64,000 nucleotides of DNA from Eledone cirrhosa (GCA_964016885.1 OZ024742.1:34782001-34846000), one strand, 5' to 3'. Shown: positions 1 to 16,315, numbered from the stretch's first letter. Numbers and translations are program-made. The notes: generated from the letters alone by a model not told the origin.

Positions 1-2180
1 AGGAAAAGGTGAAATATAAGGGGAGATAAGGGAGAAAAACATACAAGAGTACAGAACGTGGATTCAGCAAATAAAAAAAACCGTAGCAGAAGTAAAGAGC
101 AGAGCAGGAGTTCAAGGCGGTTGATTTATCATAGGAGTATCAATCCAGTTACAGATCAGATGTGATTTCAGATGAGGACAGCATCTGAAGATCTCAGTCT
201 TTGAGTTAAGGCAAGCGGAAGTGGCTCTCAAGTTTAGCAAAATCCTATATTTTTCTGTGGTACACAAAGAACAATTCTTTGTGCCCCTTTGGTACTCCCT
301 CGAATGGTCTAAGATAAACCAATCGATAGAGTACGGGATGTTACTATCCTTGTATTCCCACACCTTACTTGCGAGGGCCGTTGATGTTCGTTTATCGGAG
401 TGCTTAAAAGAAGCGACATGTGAGTAAAATCTGGTTTTAAACCTGTCCTGGGTCATACCAACATATCGCTCACTCCTGGCTGGCTGGTTGTTGATTACCG
501 GTGTTATTTTAGCCTCATAAACAACAGATTTGGTGCTACATTTACCCTGCAATGGGCATTCATCCGGCTTCCTGCAACTGCATCCTGGATTTGTTCTCGT
601 ATGATTTGAACTGGTGATCTTGGACTTCATAGATGGGCAACAAGAGTAACTGATCTTAACTACGTTCCTATTAAATATCTTATAATATCTATGATTAGGA
701 GGAAAATGTTTGTCTAAGAGTTCAATGAATTTCCTTCCTACATTAGTTTTGACAGTTAGAGAGAAGGGGTGTGAACCAAATAATTTTCCTTTTCCTGTTA
801 ATGTGGTTAGTTTTAGGGGGGGGGGGGAGTAGGTAAATAAGAAATTTTTTCTGTAAAACCGCTGTTCTTAAGGGCTTTATTATAATAAGGGGCGGCTTTA
901 TTAAAAATGTCTATAGACGAAGATAAGGTAGAAATCCTACGGCTAATGTTAGGAATAAGATTATTAAAAACTATAGGGGGATGGCAAGACTCTTTGTGTA
1001 TATACCTAAGATTTTCATTAGGTTTATGATAGGGTTTAAAAGAGGCGGTAAGTAGATCAAGATTAATATCAAGAAAGTTAGCATTAGTAAGGTTCGTATC
1101 TATAGTGATTTTAAGGTTAAGATTAGCAAAAGTATTGATTAAATCTTTACGGAATTTATCAAGGTTATGGCCGTTGGTGGTATGAGAAACTGCTAATCCG
1201 TCATCACGGTATAAACCGATATTATGGGAAGGAAATTTCTCTTTGAGGGTGTGGAGAAGGAATAATCCTACTAAGTCACACACATCCGCACTGTCATATG
1301 AACCCATTGCAACATCAAAAGAGTTTTCAGGGTTTGACTTTTTAACCCAAATATTTTCATTAGTAAAGAGTAAAGTTTTTCTAGCATGAAAGATAATGTC
1401 TTCTTCTAATTTATAAATATTAATGAAGGGTCTTGCAAAATCTAAGGCATTAGTTAATAAGGAAACAGTAATAGAGGGTTAAAAATCGACAATATCAAAT
1501 TGGGTAAATCTACACTTATTTTTACCTTGTATATTATTAAACCAAGAAAGTGATAGGTCAGTATTAGTTCTAATTTGGAGAATTATTTTTCTTAAGATTT
1601 TTTTACTTGCAAGGCCAACTTCGGATTTAGCCGGGTTAATCAGTCTACAACTAGGTCGATTAGTAAAGTCCAATTTATGGTCTTTAAGGGTAATATATTC
1701 TTTACTCTTAGCTAGGCTTTCAATACGGTTGTCTATTTTTAAAGAACTATCTAGTTCTTTAGCTTCTTTATTGATAGTATTGTAGGTATTATTATTAGTT
1801 AATTGATATTTGTTGGTAATACTATTAGTTAAAAGTTGGTTATACAAAGTACTATTAACTTCAAAGAGATTTTTAATTTTATCAGAAAGAACAAAAGTGT
1901 TTGTAGAATTTCTAAAATTAGAAATATCGTTAGATAGTTTAGTTTGAAAGTTATTATTGTACTTACGAAATTTGATATCACTAATTAGATTAACAAGGTC
2001 TAATTCGAAGTTGGCCATATCTTTAATTCTAGGTGGATATTTACGGGATTTGATGTCAAAACAATCATTAGTATCAGCACTGAATAGTCCATCGTAACCA
2101 TTGCCTTCCATCTCATAATAATTAAGCTCTGTTACCTACATAGAGCACTCTTTTTTCCTGGACTTTTCCGACGGAATTAC

Positions 2181-2184
<4 letters not shown>
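1..2184 (-). mobile_element. Naiad-type PLE insertion with inverted pseudo-LTR fragment (~2116-2184) at its truncated 5' end, abutting (TA)n; 3' end runs off the window
   Basis: 2116-2184 (+) GCTCTGT..AGAGCACTC..ACGGAATTACTTCA resembles the terminus of the element at 50032-50245 (-), so it is inverted relative to the ORF. (TA)n follows directly. Confidence 0.75.
112..2111 (-). pseudogene. Penelope-like retroelement ORF (RT + C-terminal GIY-YIG endonuclease), Naiad-type; 5'-truncated and disrupted
   Basis: ORFs 1479-2111 and 813-1307 are in the same frame, split by a TAA (DIVDF*PSIT). RT motifs RLINPAKSEVG, FDVAMGSYDSADVCDLVG, GLYRDDGL. Frameshifts near the poly-G at 816-828 and near 770. Linker IFNRNVVKISYSCC, Zn motif CSCRKPDECPLQGKC, GIY-YIG VVYEAKI..YVGMT..RFKTRFYSH, terminal CSLCTTEK..LN...E...CPH. 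Confidence 0.9.
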
Positions 2185-2240
<56 letters not shown>

Positions 2241-2258
2241 AATATATATATATATGTA

Positions 2259-2733
2259 TACAATATTAAATAAATGGAAAACTATATTTAATGGAAAACT
2301 ATATTTATAAAACCATATTTATTTCATTATATATATTTCGGGGATATCATATTAACAATATGCTATGCCTTCATCAGACAAAATACAATATAAACAGTTT
2401 TATAGATAAATATATTCGACATACCGTAATAAACATCAACTTCATTTGAAGAGGTTTACTCTAGCAGTAACTTCAAATGAAGTTGATGTTTATTACGGTA
2501 TGTCGAATATATTTATCTATAAAACTGTTTATATTGTATTTTGTCTGATGAAGGCATAGCATATTGTTAATATGATATCCCCGAAATATATATAATGAAA
2601 TAAATATGGTTTTTAAATATAGTTTTCCATTTATTTAATATTGTAAATATACTCCAAATATTTGTCGAGTGCTTTTATATCAGTTATAAATATTTACTAG
2701 TTGTAACCCAACAATTTTAAATATAACTTTACA
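2259..2733 (+). mobile_element. Non-coding PLE-type fold-back element, family A, within (TA)n
   Basis: Inverted arms ~2259-2451 / 2471-2645 plus a unique 3' tail to 2733. Contains an HHR. Related copies at 9702-10016 and ~43728-43930 (-). Confidence 0.85.
2537..2602 (+). ncRNA. Type I hammerhead ribozyme (minimal, palindromic stem III); mirror copy at 2320-2385 (-)
   Basis: Stem I TATTTTGT/ATGAAATA, core CTGATGA at 2545, long stem II (CATATT/AATATG), GAAA at 2583, T-ATAT-A, cleavage triplet ATA. Confidence 0.75.
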
Positions 2734-3893
<1,160 letters not shown>

Positions 3894-4010
3894 TAGATAT
3901 ATATGAAAATGTGTGAGATCCTTGGTACAGTTAGGTATATTTGAAAAGGCAGGAAAAGAATGACTTCACTTGTAGTGTTAAAAAATTTATTATTTAATGT
4001 TATAATATAA

Positions 4011-4194
4011 TTGTTTCTACTTTAGGCACAAGGCCAGCAATTACCCAGTGCATTACTGGTACTTTGTTTTATCGACCCCGTAAGGATGAAAGGCAAAGTC
4101 AACCTCGGCGGGATTTGAACTCAGATCGTAAAGGGACGTAACTATGCTGGAAAGCATGGCGTCCGACCCTCTACTGATACTGCCAATCCACGCC
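4011..4194 (-). mobile_element. tRNA-derived SINE (Meta-domain-like core) with ~16-bp TSD
   Basis: B box GAGTTCAAATCCC and core CTTTGCCTTTCATCCTTACGGGGTCGATAAA on -. AATGTTATAATATAAT flanks both sides (3996, 4195). Confidence 0.85.
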
Positions 4195-4402
4195 AATGTT
4201 ATAATATAATATTATAATATTATGAGTTGGTAGATCCAGTAAGTTCTTTGTTAACTTCGGTGGAAAGAATTTTAGAGATTCCTGGTTAACTTGGGTTGGA
4301 GAACTTTCTCGCATTCGTCTGTCTGTGGCGATTGACAATCGCCACAGACCCGTTAAGGGTGAAAGCAGCGATTCTTTGCTTAAACTTTAATCTGTTATTT
4401 TA

Positions 4403-4444
<42 letters not shown>

Positions 4445-4900
4445 TTATGTTTAGGTTGTGCCTTGAAACTGTATTACATTTCATCTGTTTGATTTCATAC
4501 TTCAGGCCAAAACATGCTAACATCATTGACAATATAAACAGCCACTAAGAACGAACACTTGTTTATTGATGTTGACGACTTAGTCTGTACTTGACATTAG
4601 ATTCTGACTTAATTATATCTTTATAGGACTTAGTAAGCCAGACATTAACCTTCTGCAGCTTATGAACTTTTAAACTATTGTTGACTTTTACATTACATTA
4701 CTTCTCTTCTGTCTTCTGTCTTTGATTATGTTCTTTGATTATTTTGTTTTTATTTATTTATTTATTTATTTATTCATTTATTAACCATTGGACGGTTTTC
4801 TTTTGTGTTTTATATGTATATACAAATATATATATATATATATATATTGGTTTACATGTTCTGAATAATATATACATATAAACACACACACGCATACGCG

Positions 4901-5008
<108 letters not shown>

Positions 5009-5037
5009 TGTATAGTGAAAGGTCAGTGTCCGACGAA

Positions 5038-5083
<46 letters not shown>

Positions 5084-5086
5084 TTT

Positions 5087-5176
<90 letters not shown>

Positions 5177-5209
5177 AAACTCTCTCTCTATATATATAAA
5201 TATAGAGAG

Positions 5210-5273
<64 letters not shown>

Positions 5274-6221
5274 GATTTCTTTCTTTTTAAACGGAGTTTT
5301 AACGTTTACTCTTTCTTTTACTCTCCGTTCTCTTTTGTTTTTTAAATCATTGAATTTGTTTCACATTGTATTTTATTGTTTCCTAATATAGAAATAAAAA
5401 ATAAAAAAAGGGACATTTTTGTTTTTGTTTATTCATCTCTTTTATGCTTTCTCGTTTCTCCATGAACACTCTCCCTTGAAATCTGCCAATCAGACTAATT
5501 TTTCTCTCTACTAATTTTCTGGACTCACTGTACTTAGTTTGTAGGAGCTTTCTATTTCTACTAAGCTTCCTAGATTTGAGTGGGATGTGTATTATACTTC
5601 TTCTATCTACATCACCTTAAGATAATAGATTTCGAAATGCAGTTAGTAATTTTCTGGTATTTCTAAATAATCTCTTCAGTTCAGTTAACATTCAATTAAT
5701 TATATTGAAGCTATAGTTTCTGGTTGAGATAGCTAGAGTAGTTTTACCTATTAGCTTATTGGTCCATCCCAAGCTTTGATATAAGTTTCACTCTTCTGTA
5801 ATAACCAGAACAGAACTGGTGGGAGGATAATGTTCCTGGAGGATGCTTACATTGCTTTAGTAGAGAATATCAGAACGTAGCTTCCGTGCCTTTTCTTAGA
5901 GAAAATTTTAAAATGCCTACTCTTTGATATCCTGATGGAAACCAACCTTTTTAACTATAATGTAAAAATTAAAAATACAAAATACTTCTTTGACTTCTAT
6001 ATTCTTATAATAATATTCCTGGAAGATGTCTACTTCGCCTTTGTGGAGTCCCTCACTGCCTCGCTTCCATTCCTTGTTTTATGGAAAATTCTATAATGTT
6101 TACACTTTCATTCTCAATGATGGAACCACTATAATCTATTTCACTATAATGTTGATCTATCTTTTGTTTTGTTTTAATACAATGGTATTTTAAACACCCA
6201 TTCTGATATATGTATAGATAC

Positions 6222-6285
<64 letters not shown>

Positions 6286-6419
6286 AGATTTGAATGGATA
6301 CAGTTTAGTTGAAAGGAATTTATTGACACGTGTTTCTATAACTGGAACCGTCGAGCAAACTCTACGTGAGCTGATAATCTACTGTGTGTAATATTTATAT
6401 TACAACACAACGGAAAATA

Positions 6420-6488
<69 letters not shown>

Positions 6489-6718
6489 TGTATGTATAGT
6501 ATATTTGGCAATATACCGTATGTTTAATTAAAAACATTTAGAAGACCATACGCTATCGGTTTTAAAGTAGTGTCTATGTCACATTTCTTTTCGGTGAGAG
6601 AAAGGAGAGAATCTAACAGTCGGTTTCACGCTGGTTGGCGATCATCAAAGCCATATATATATTTCATTTCTGAATTTGTTTAGCAAGATTCTTTATCTGA
6701 AAACGTGTGTTGAAACCG

Positions 6719-7436
6719 ATATTGTTATACTTTGGGAGGGTCATGTTGCCAATAAGAAACACACGCACCAGTTGCTTTCACTTCAATTTATTATAAATTA
6801 AATTTATAAATATAGGAATTTATAAATTTCCGGTTGGTTGGTTGGTTCCACAACCAGATGATTGTTCATATATTGTCAAAGTTCTTTCGTCACACATTCT
6901 GTGACCTCTTCAGTGACTGGGGATTCTTTTCTTTGTTTTTGTGCCTCTCCTTTGTTCTGTCCTACGCCATCTTGTTTTTTGTGTGTTGTGTGCTTAGTTT
7001 GCGCATGTGTTACATCCGGGTGTCCGTGAATGGAACAGCAACATCACAACTTACAATTAAGGACAAAATGAAAACACACACACACATAGAACAAACAACC
7101 AACCGGTAACATGTAAATAAAGAAATAAATAAACAAATATAAACACACAGAGACACCCAGATGTAACACATGCGCAAACTAAGCACACAAAAACAAGATG
7201 GCGTAGGACAGAACAAAGGAGAGTTACAAAAACAAAGAAAAGAATCCCCAGTCACTGAAGAGGTCACAGAATGTGTGACGAAAGAACTTTGACAATATAT
7301 GAACAATCATCTGGTTGTGGAACAACCAACCGGAAATTTATAAATTCCTAAATTTATAAATTTAATTTATAATAAATTGAAGTGAAAGCAACTGGTGCGT
7401 GTGTTTCTTATTGGCAACAGGATCCTCCCAAAGTAT

Positions 7437-7443
<7 letters not shown>
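6719..7443 (+). mobile_element. PLE-type fold-back element, family B (~300-bp inverted arms, ~127-bp spacer)
   Basis: Arms 6719-7024 / 7152-7443 with an HHR in each. 3' end (ATGA)CCCTCCCAAAGTATAACAAT is shared with 63031-63055. Confidence 0.85.
7251..7293 (+). ncRNA. Type I hammerhead ribozyme; mirror copy at 6875-6917 (-)
   Basis: Stem I GTCA/TGAC, CTGAAGA, stem II GTCACA-GAATG-TGTGAC, GAAAG-AA-CTT (CUU triplet). Confidence 0.7.
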
Positions 7444-8060
<617 letters not shown>

Positions 8061-8248
8061 GGGTCTCTGTCAATAAATCTGTGTGTTTGTGTGCATGAAT
8101 GTGCCTGTGTGTGTGTGTGCGTATGTGTGCGCGTATGCCGTGAATGAATATGTGTATGTGTGTGTGTGTGAGTATACAGAGGGAGACGTGGAAAATTAAC
8201 AGATAATATTAAATCCCAATTTTCGATATCAAATTATTACTTCGATAA

Positions 8249-8935
8249 TTGTGTGTATACATTTATCTATATGTGTGTATACATGTATTCATATATGTGT
8301 GTGTATACATCTATTTATATATGGGTGTATACATTTATTTATATATGTGTGTATACATTTATTTATATATGTGTGTATTCATTTATTTATATATGTGTGT
8401 GTATACATTTATCTATATATGTGTGTATACATTTATTTATATGTGTGTATACATTTATCTATCTATGTGTGTATACATTTATTTATATATGTGTGTGTAT
8501 ACATCTATTTATAAATGTGTATACATTTATTTATATATGTGTGTATACATGTATTTATATATGTGTATGTATACATTTATTTATATATGTGTGTGTATAC
8601 ACTTATTTATATATGTGTGTGTATAAATTTATTTATATATGTGTGTATACATGTATTTATATATGTGTGTATACATTTATTTATATATGGGTGTGTGTAC
8701 ATTTATCTATATATGTGTGTATACATGTATTTATATATGTGTGTGTATACATTTATTTATATATGTGTGTGTATACATTTATTTATATATGTGGGTGTAT
8801 AAATTTATTTATATATGTGTGTATACATCTATTTATATATGTGCGTGTATACATGTATTTGTATATATACGTGTATACATCTATTTATATATGTGCGTAT
8901 ATACATCTATTTATACGTGCGTGTACATTTGTATC
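8249..8935. repeat. Minisatellite, ~24-26-bp unit GTGTGTATACATTTATTTATATAT
   Basis: Many degenerate tandem copies. Confidence 0.9.
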
Positions 8936-9551
8936 TATATCTGTGCACTTGTATGTGTGTAATGTCAAATATTACTTTATTTCCTCAATTCATATCATGT
9001 CACATGATACATTGTACACCACCTCTATCAGTAAATCGTTTAACCCTTGTAGTTTGTGTCAATCTAGCTGAAATTAACTGCCAAACAAGAAATAGTTTCG
9101 AGTAAGTATAACGCTGATATCCCAACCACCAAGGAAGAGTGAAGGCGGTCGTTCGACATGTTAGATATACCAGCGATATTACCTCAAATCATTGTCTACT
9201 GTTATAAAAGTGCGATGAATACATTATGTAAATTCTTTAAGGATTTTATTCTTTCGAGGGCGATAAATAAATTATCGATCTTGAGCTGTGGATTGGCAGA
9301 ATTGTGAAAGCTTTGCACGGGATACTTTGTGGTATTTGTTCCAACTTTGTGTGTTCTGGGTTCAAATTATGTCTTCTTTTCCTATTACCCATTTTACTAC
9401 CTTAAGTATTGAGTACTCTGGTGCGTTATGGTCAACCTGGTTTCTTACCACACGTTTATATATTATCACACATATATATATATACATATATATATATACA
9501 CATATATACTTATATATATATATACATATATATATGTATATATACACACAC

Positions 9552-9582
<31 letters not shown>

Positions 9583-9589
9583 TATATAC

Positions 9590-10046
<457 letters not shown>

Positions 10047-11614
10047 AAAAGGAGTGGTGCTTCTGTCAGAAGTTGTGACCTGCAGATAATATCAGCAATA
10101 AAAAGACCATTTAAAAGTCTCCATATTTCAATCTGATGATCTACTTTTTTCCTTTTTTATATTTAGAACTAAATCAAGTTAAATGGGGTTAAACAGAAAC
10201 TGAAGTTTATATTCGTGAATCGAAATATATATAGAAAATTATTTTACCTTTTAAACCTTTTTTCTCGTTTTATTTCAAATGCAGCCATATTTCAATGTTT
10301 GTATAGCTCTTCACAGTTGGTGGGTTGAGATCCTCACTAAAGTGCTTTGCAATATTCGATCTGGTCTTCTGCTCTCTGAGTTCAAATCCCATTGAGAACA
10401 ATTTTGCGTTTTGATATTTTGAGGTTGATAAATAAAGATGTAATCCAGTGGTTTGATCTAATCATCTTCCTACATTTTTTATCAAACTCCCCCCCCCCCT
10501 CTCTCTATCTATCTATCTATCTATGTATCGATCTATCTATCTTTCTTTCTCTCTTTCTGTCTCTTTCTTTTACTTTGGATGAAATCGGCTGTGTTCAAAC
10601 CTTCAGAGAATGGTCTTCATCGGCTTTAAATTATCACGAAAGGCTGTATGTTACGACAGGTCCAATTATGACTAAACCTGGAGAGAATAGTCCTTAGTTC
10701 TATGATTCAAAGTTTGTTTTAAAATGTATACATTTATCGAAAATGTTCCATCATAATTCTATGTACGAAAGTTTGTCAAAATATGCCCTAAACACCAACG
10801 TGGTAAAGAGAAAGATAGTTATAATGCTAAATTCCTCAAAATCCTTGATTATTTTCAAAATGATTTAGAAATTATTGGCAATGTATTTCATGAGAAATAT
10901 GGTAACTGAATAATCGAAGTGTTTATATTTATCTAAAAACCTTTCATCTTACTTTTATGTAGGAATATTGTAAGTTATGCTTCAAACATCAGCTTGGGTT
11001 GAGAAATTTAATTATATTACTACATTGCTCAAAATCATTGATTATTTTCAAAATGGTTTGCAAATCATAGGCAATGTCTTTTATTAGAAATATGGTAACG
11101 AAAGGGTTAAGTTTTGTTCCAGACATCAGTTTAATAATTAGAAAGTTAATTACATAATTAAATTGCTCAACATTCTTAATTATTTTATATACACATGGTT
11201 AGCCGTATTCTTCTCTTGGCTGTCCTCTTCCCTACCGAATATTTGAGAAACAACATATATTGAAACCACTATAAAATTATGTTATTGAAAGATAGCTCAG
11301 TATCATTGAGTTCTCCAAGCAAACGGACCAATGAAAACTGACACTTGAGGCTGAAATTATATTTCATTGTTATTAGATCTAATGATTTAATTGTTTATTT
11401 TTATTTTATCTCGAAATTGAATATCTTATTAAAACTAACGACTGTACAATTACACACAACATCATTACGTGTACTTTCAAATGAATGAACATAAGTAGGT
11501 TGTCTATTGGATCAGATCTGACCTGAGGCTAAACGACAACAACATACAATTAAGAAATACAGTCAATCAATAATGATGGTGTTAGTTTCAACATAAACAA
11601 AATTAAATAATAAC

Positions 11615-12225
11615 AATTTTTTCTACTTTTGTCACAAGGCCAGCAATTATCCCAGTGTATTACTGGTGATTTATTTTATCGACCTCGTAAGGATGAAAGG
11701 CAAAGTTAACCTCGGCGGGATTTGAACTGAGACCATAAAGGGCCATAACTCTTTGCTGCAAAGCATGGCGTCAGACCCTCTACCGATACTGCCATCCACC
11801 GCCTTTAAATAATACTTAAATAATAATAATAATAATCATTTCTAACATTAGCACAAGGCCGGCAATTTGGGGAAAGGAAAAAAGCGATTATAACAACCTC
11901 AGTACATAAATTTGATCTTTATTTACTTGACCCCGCTTGATCTCGGTAGAATTTTAACTGAAAACCTATAAAAATGTAGAATCAGTGAGGCTATTTAATA
12001 ATTGTTTCTACTTTTGGCGCAAGGCCAGAAATTATCCCAGTGCATTACTGGTACTTTATTTTATCGACCCCGTAAGGATGAAAGGTAAAGTTAACCTCGA
12101 CGGGATTTGAACTCAGACCGTAAAGGGACGTAACTATGCTGGAAAGCATGGCGTCCGACCCTCTTAATAATTGTTTCTACTTTTGGCACAAGGCCAGCAA
12201 TTACCCAATGCATTACTGGTACTTT
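11615..12225 (-). mobile_element. Cluster of tRNA-derived Meta-like SINE copies (~11615-11803, 11835-11970, 12001-12162, 12168-12225)
   Basis: Repeated GCACAAGGCCAGCAATT...TTTTATCGACCCCGTAAGGATGAAAGGCAAAG...GGATTTGAACT. Confidence 0.85.
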
Positions 12226-13273
12226 AATTAATGACATATATATGGTGTTTGGTATTTTTAAGTGTGGAATCCATGGAATGAAGAAAGGTAAATACAATAA
12301 AAGTGACGGGATGAATGTATCAAACGTAGAGAGTTCCGAGCGACTGACACAGATGATGGATATAAATATCTGGGGGTTGGGAAGCTGGTCATAGAAAAAC
12401 AGGTACTAATGAAAAACAAAACCAGGAGTGAATAACTGCTCTTAATAGTAGTATGGAGAGAAGATATATTAAATGAAGGGGGAAAAAAGTGAAGTCTTCA
12501 AAACTAAAAAAATATATATGTATATATAGATATGATTTAAAAAGTTTACACGGAACGTATTTCCAATATACTAGGTTCTCTGCCCTCTCACGGCTTATGT
12601 TTTTCATCCCACTGGATTTCCAAAATCAGCCTCCTCACCAAGCAAGCTTGGTGGAGTTGCCAGTTTAGTCGTCGGTGACCTGACTATGCACAGGATGTAC
12701 TGGGTTAGATGTTACCAGTAGCGTTGAAAAGCGACCTGACATTATATACATACATATATAAATATATACATACTTTCGTACGTACATTCATACATACATA
12801 AATGGAAGTTTATCGTTGGTTTACTGACTTCCTGGTCTAATAACTGATTGGTTGGCCTAACGGCGGTGTATATATGTGAAAGAATGGTTAATGATTAAAA
12901 ACGCTGGAAGGCTGAAATATATTTAGATATACAGCAAAAGTTAGAACAATATTACTTGATGATTAATAAATACTAGTTTCAACGGAAAACAGCACAACCC
13001 AAACCATGACGAATTTCACCTTTTCAGCTCATCAGCGATGATATAATTTGTAATCAGCTGATGAAGTATTTTGAAGGTATGGTTTGTGGGATCTGTTATA
13101 TTACTCGGCTCCTTATATTCAAGCAGAATAATGTAAATGGGATTTGAAGATACTGCAAATTAAAGGAACGATTATATAATTGGTAATGTAAATTGGTATG
13201 TAACCGAATCATTACCAATTTCTCTGCAAATTAATAACTATGTATATGCATATGTGTATATATATATATATAG

Positions 13274-13367
<94 letters not shown>

Positions 13368-13833
13368 ATGTGTGTTTATGTGTGTGGGTGTATGTGCGTG
13401 TGTGTGTTTCTGTTTGTGCATGTGTGTGTCTGAATTTTTATGTGGGCGTTGCTTCCCACGACGTACTTGATTTCAGAATGAGTTCCAATGATAAAAGTCA
13501 GGCCAGTACTTCCTGATTGCAAGCAGCCAATGTCAGAAGAGTTAAATATATTCATGGCATTCTCACTATTTCAATAAAGTAAAGAATATCGGAATTCAAA
13601 GTTCTTGTGTAATTTTATCTTAGTTTTAATTATTTTATCATATTTTTCAATAAATAAATCTTTGTCGAAAAAGATTGTAAAATGTCAGTGCAAGCATAAA
13701 TGTGTAGCTAAGGAGATTGTTTCGCATCCATGTGGTTTCCAGTTTGATCCCATTGCTTGGCACCTTGGATATGTGTTTTCCAAGATAGCATTCAGTTGTT
13801 AAGCAATGTCTTGTGATTGAAATTACTAAATCC

Positions 13834-13874
<41 letters not shown>

Positions 13875-13877
13875 TAT

Positions 13878-14149
13878 GGGAGAGGGCTTGCATGACTTAG
13901 TGATGCGGCGAAAAAGATTGATAAGTCCTAACCTCATCCCACCCTCATACATGAAGGTCGGGGGTCCTATGGACCAACACTCTCCCTCTATTCCTGTCTC
14001 TTGCTATTGCCGTATTCCGCCAAACTCCTTCCTGTCCATTCCTTAATATGATATGTTCCTCTCCTTTTCTGCCACCCCCTAGCCCTTTTCGTTTGTAGTC
14101 GTCCCTCAAGCATGTGGATAGTCAAATTTGGGGTTCTGATGACATGACT
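13878..14149 (-). mobile_element. Decayed RTE-clade LINE 3' end
   Basis: Minus strand reads HVIRTPNLTIHMLEGRLQTKRARG..IKEWTG..ARDRNR, typical of an RTE ORF C-terminus. Confidence 0.55.
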
Positions 14150-14227
14150 AAAATTCTGTGCACGAAATGTATTGTAAGTAAACGAAAAGTTTTATATTTT
14201 GTTCATTATTAATATTTCTTCAACTGT

Positions 14228-15345
14228 AATCGGTAGAGCATCGGACAACATGCTTTATGGCATAGAGTTACGCCCTTTACGATCTGAATTCAAATTTTGT
14301 CGATATTAGCTTTGCCTTTCATCCTTACGGAGTCAATAAAATAAAATACCAATAATGCACTGGGGTCGATTTAACCGACTTTCCCCTCCCTCCAAAAGTG
14401 TTGGCCTTGTGACTAAATCAGAAATCAATATTTTTGCAACTGTTTCATACGAGTTTCTACGCCATCATATGGTGCACCTCTAAGTTCCTAAGGTGTGTGC
14501 AGCATTGTGTTCATATTTTGGTGAGATTGAGGAATATAGTCTCCTCCTGTTAATCTCGTTTTGCTTTAAGGTTTAGCTTGTAGATTCTTGTGTTAGTTTC
14601 GTGTTTGTTCTGTGGTGCATGGTGTATGTAATGTGAGTTGTATTAGGTTTTAGTTATTAGTCTTGTAAACACATGTTGTGTTGCTTTATTTTATTGAGTG
14701 CTTATAGTATAGAGTGAGTGGTGCAGTTGTTCTATTTATGTTGTGATATCGATGGTGCAAGATGTGGGCTCTTCCTAGCAGAGCTATTTCTGGACAGGGT
14801 GTACTTGTGAGCTCTGGTATGGCTTCTATGTTTTTCTTTATATTACTAATCAAACCACAAGCAATTATTTATCATACTACTAATTATTATTATTTCTATT
14901 ATTATTAGGGTGATGATGTCGGTGGATTGGCAGTATCGGTAAAGAGTCGGACAACATGCTTTGCAGTATATAGTTATGTCCCTTTACGTTCTGAGTTCAA
15001 ATCTCACCGATGTTAGTTTTGCTTTTCATCCTTATGGGATCAATAAAATAAGTACCGGTAACGCACTGGGGGTTGATTTAATCGACTTTCCTTCCTCACA
15101 AAATTGTTGGGTTGTGCCTAAATCAGAAACCATCATTATTAAGGTGTTGGGTTAGCAATATCGGTAGAGCATCAGACAAAATGCTTTGTGATATTTAGTT
15201 ACGACATTCTAGGTTCTGAGTTCAAATCCCGCCGAGGTTAACTTAACCTTTCATCCTCTTAGGATCGATAAACTAAAGTACAAGTTAAATATTAGAATTG
15301 ATATAATCGATTTTCCCTCTCTCCAAGTTGTGCCTAATTTGTATA
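14228..15345 (+). mobile_element. Three Meta-like SINE copies (~14228-14430, 14917-15135, 15140-15345)
   Basis: Same family in + orientation (TGGCAGTATCGGT A box, GAGTTCAAAT B box, CCTTTCATCC core). Confidence 0.8.
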
Positions 15346-16315
15346 GCATTACTATTATTGTTGCTGTAGTATTTTGAGATAATCAAGCGCGTTCCATCTA
15401 ATTATCTTGTGTACCATGGGTTTTTATCAAGTGAAACTACTTAGAAGAACAATTTAAATGCGGAACTTCTAATTAGAGAAGTTGGAATTTAATTGTTTAC
15501 ATTAATTTTTCTCGTTTCATTTTACTCTTTAATTTGAAAACAATTATACAAACAAAATTGCTACAGCGTTAAAAGTATCTTCCGCCTCACCCCACTCCAC
15601 CCTACCACAGATTTCCAATGAAACCAAACACATATAGTAAATAGAAAAAACGGAAAGACAACAAACTTAATTTATAATTGTGAGTTCTGATTTTATAGGG
15701 ATTTGACAACTATGCAATTTAAACATTTTTTTTTTTTTGCTCATCGTTTGTTGTTCATGTTAGCTTTTTCTTAAATGATAAACATCTTCAACTCAGATAA
15801 AAAATTCTGTTTTATTAACTGAAACATTTCTATACTATGCTTTTAACGTTTTGGATAATTATCTTCGAAAGATTGCGAGTTCGATTCCTGGTGGTGTGAT
15901 GAGTCCTTGAGCAAGACACTTTATTTCACGTTCTTCCAGTCCATTCAGTTGGAAGAAAATGAATTGTATCTGTAATTCAAATGGCTAGCTTTGTAAAAAA
16001 AACTTCGAACAATTGGAACATTCGTAATTATCTTATTACTTTAAAAGTTTTCACTCACACACTGAATCTAGGTATTAAAACAAATGAACTTCTTTAATTT
16101 GCTGCGAGATTTTAATAATATGCAGAAGCGTTAGCACGTTGGATGAAATTCTTAGCTGTATTTATTTTGGCTCATTATGTTCTCAGTTCCAATTCCACCT
16201 TCATCCATCCAGGGTCGATAAATAAAGTACCAGTCTATGGCGGATTCCTGGAAGAATCATTAGAGTATCGAACATAATGCCTTGTGCTATTTATTCCGGT
16301 TCATTACGTTATATG

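Noticed and set aside
112-720. Selenocysteine (in-frame TGA) recoding reported for some Naiad elements
   Set aside because: Cys positions examined (YSCC, CSC..CPL..C, CSLC, CPH) use TGT/TGC; the one RT stop seen is TAA.
10125-10215. CTGATGA...GAAAC possible HHR (similar weak cases at ~6615-6650, 13000-13080, 57148, 63693)
   Set aside because: Stems I and II do not pair convincingly or half the core is missing; at best decayed remnants.
10780-11180. Possible piggyBac-like MITE (TTAA-CCCTTTCGTTAC end; relative at ~37998)
   Set aside because: Only one end could be identified; boundaries are unsupported.
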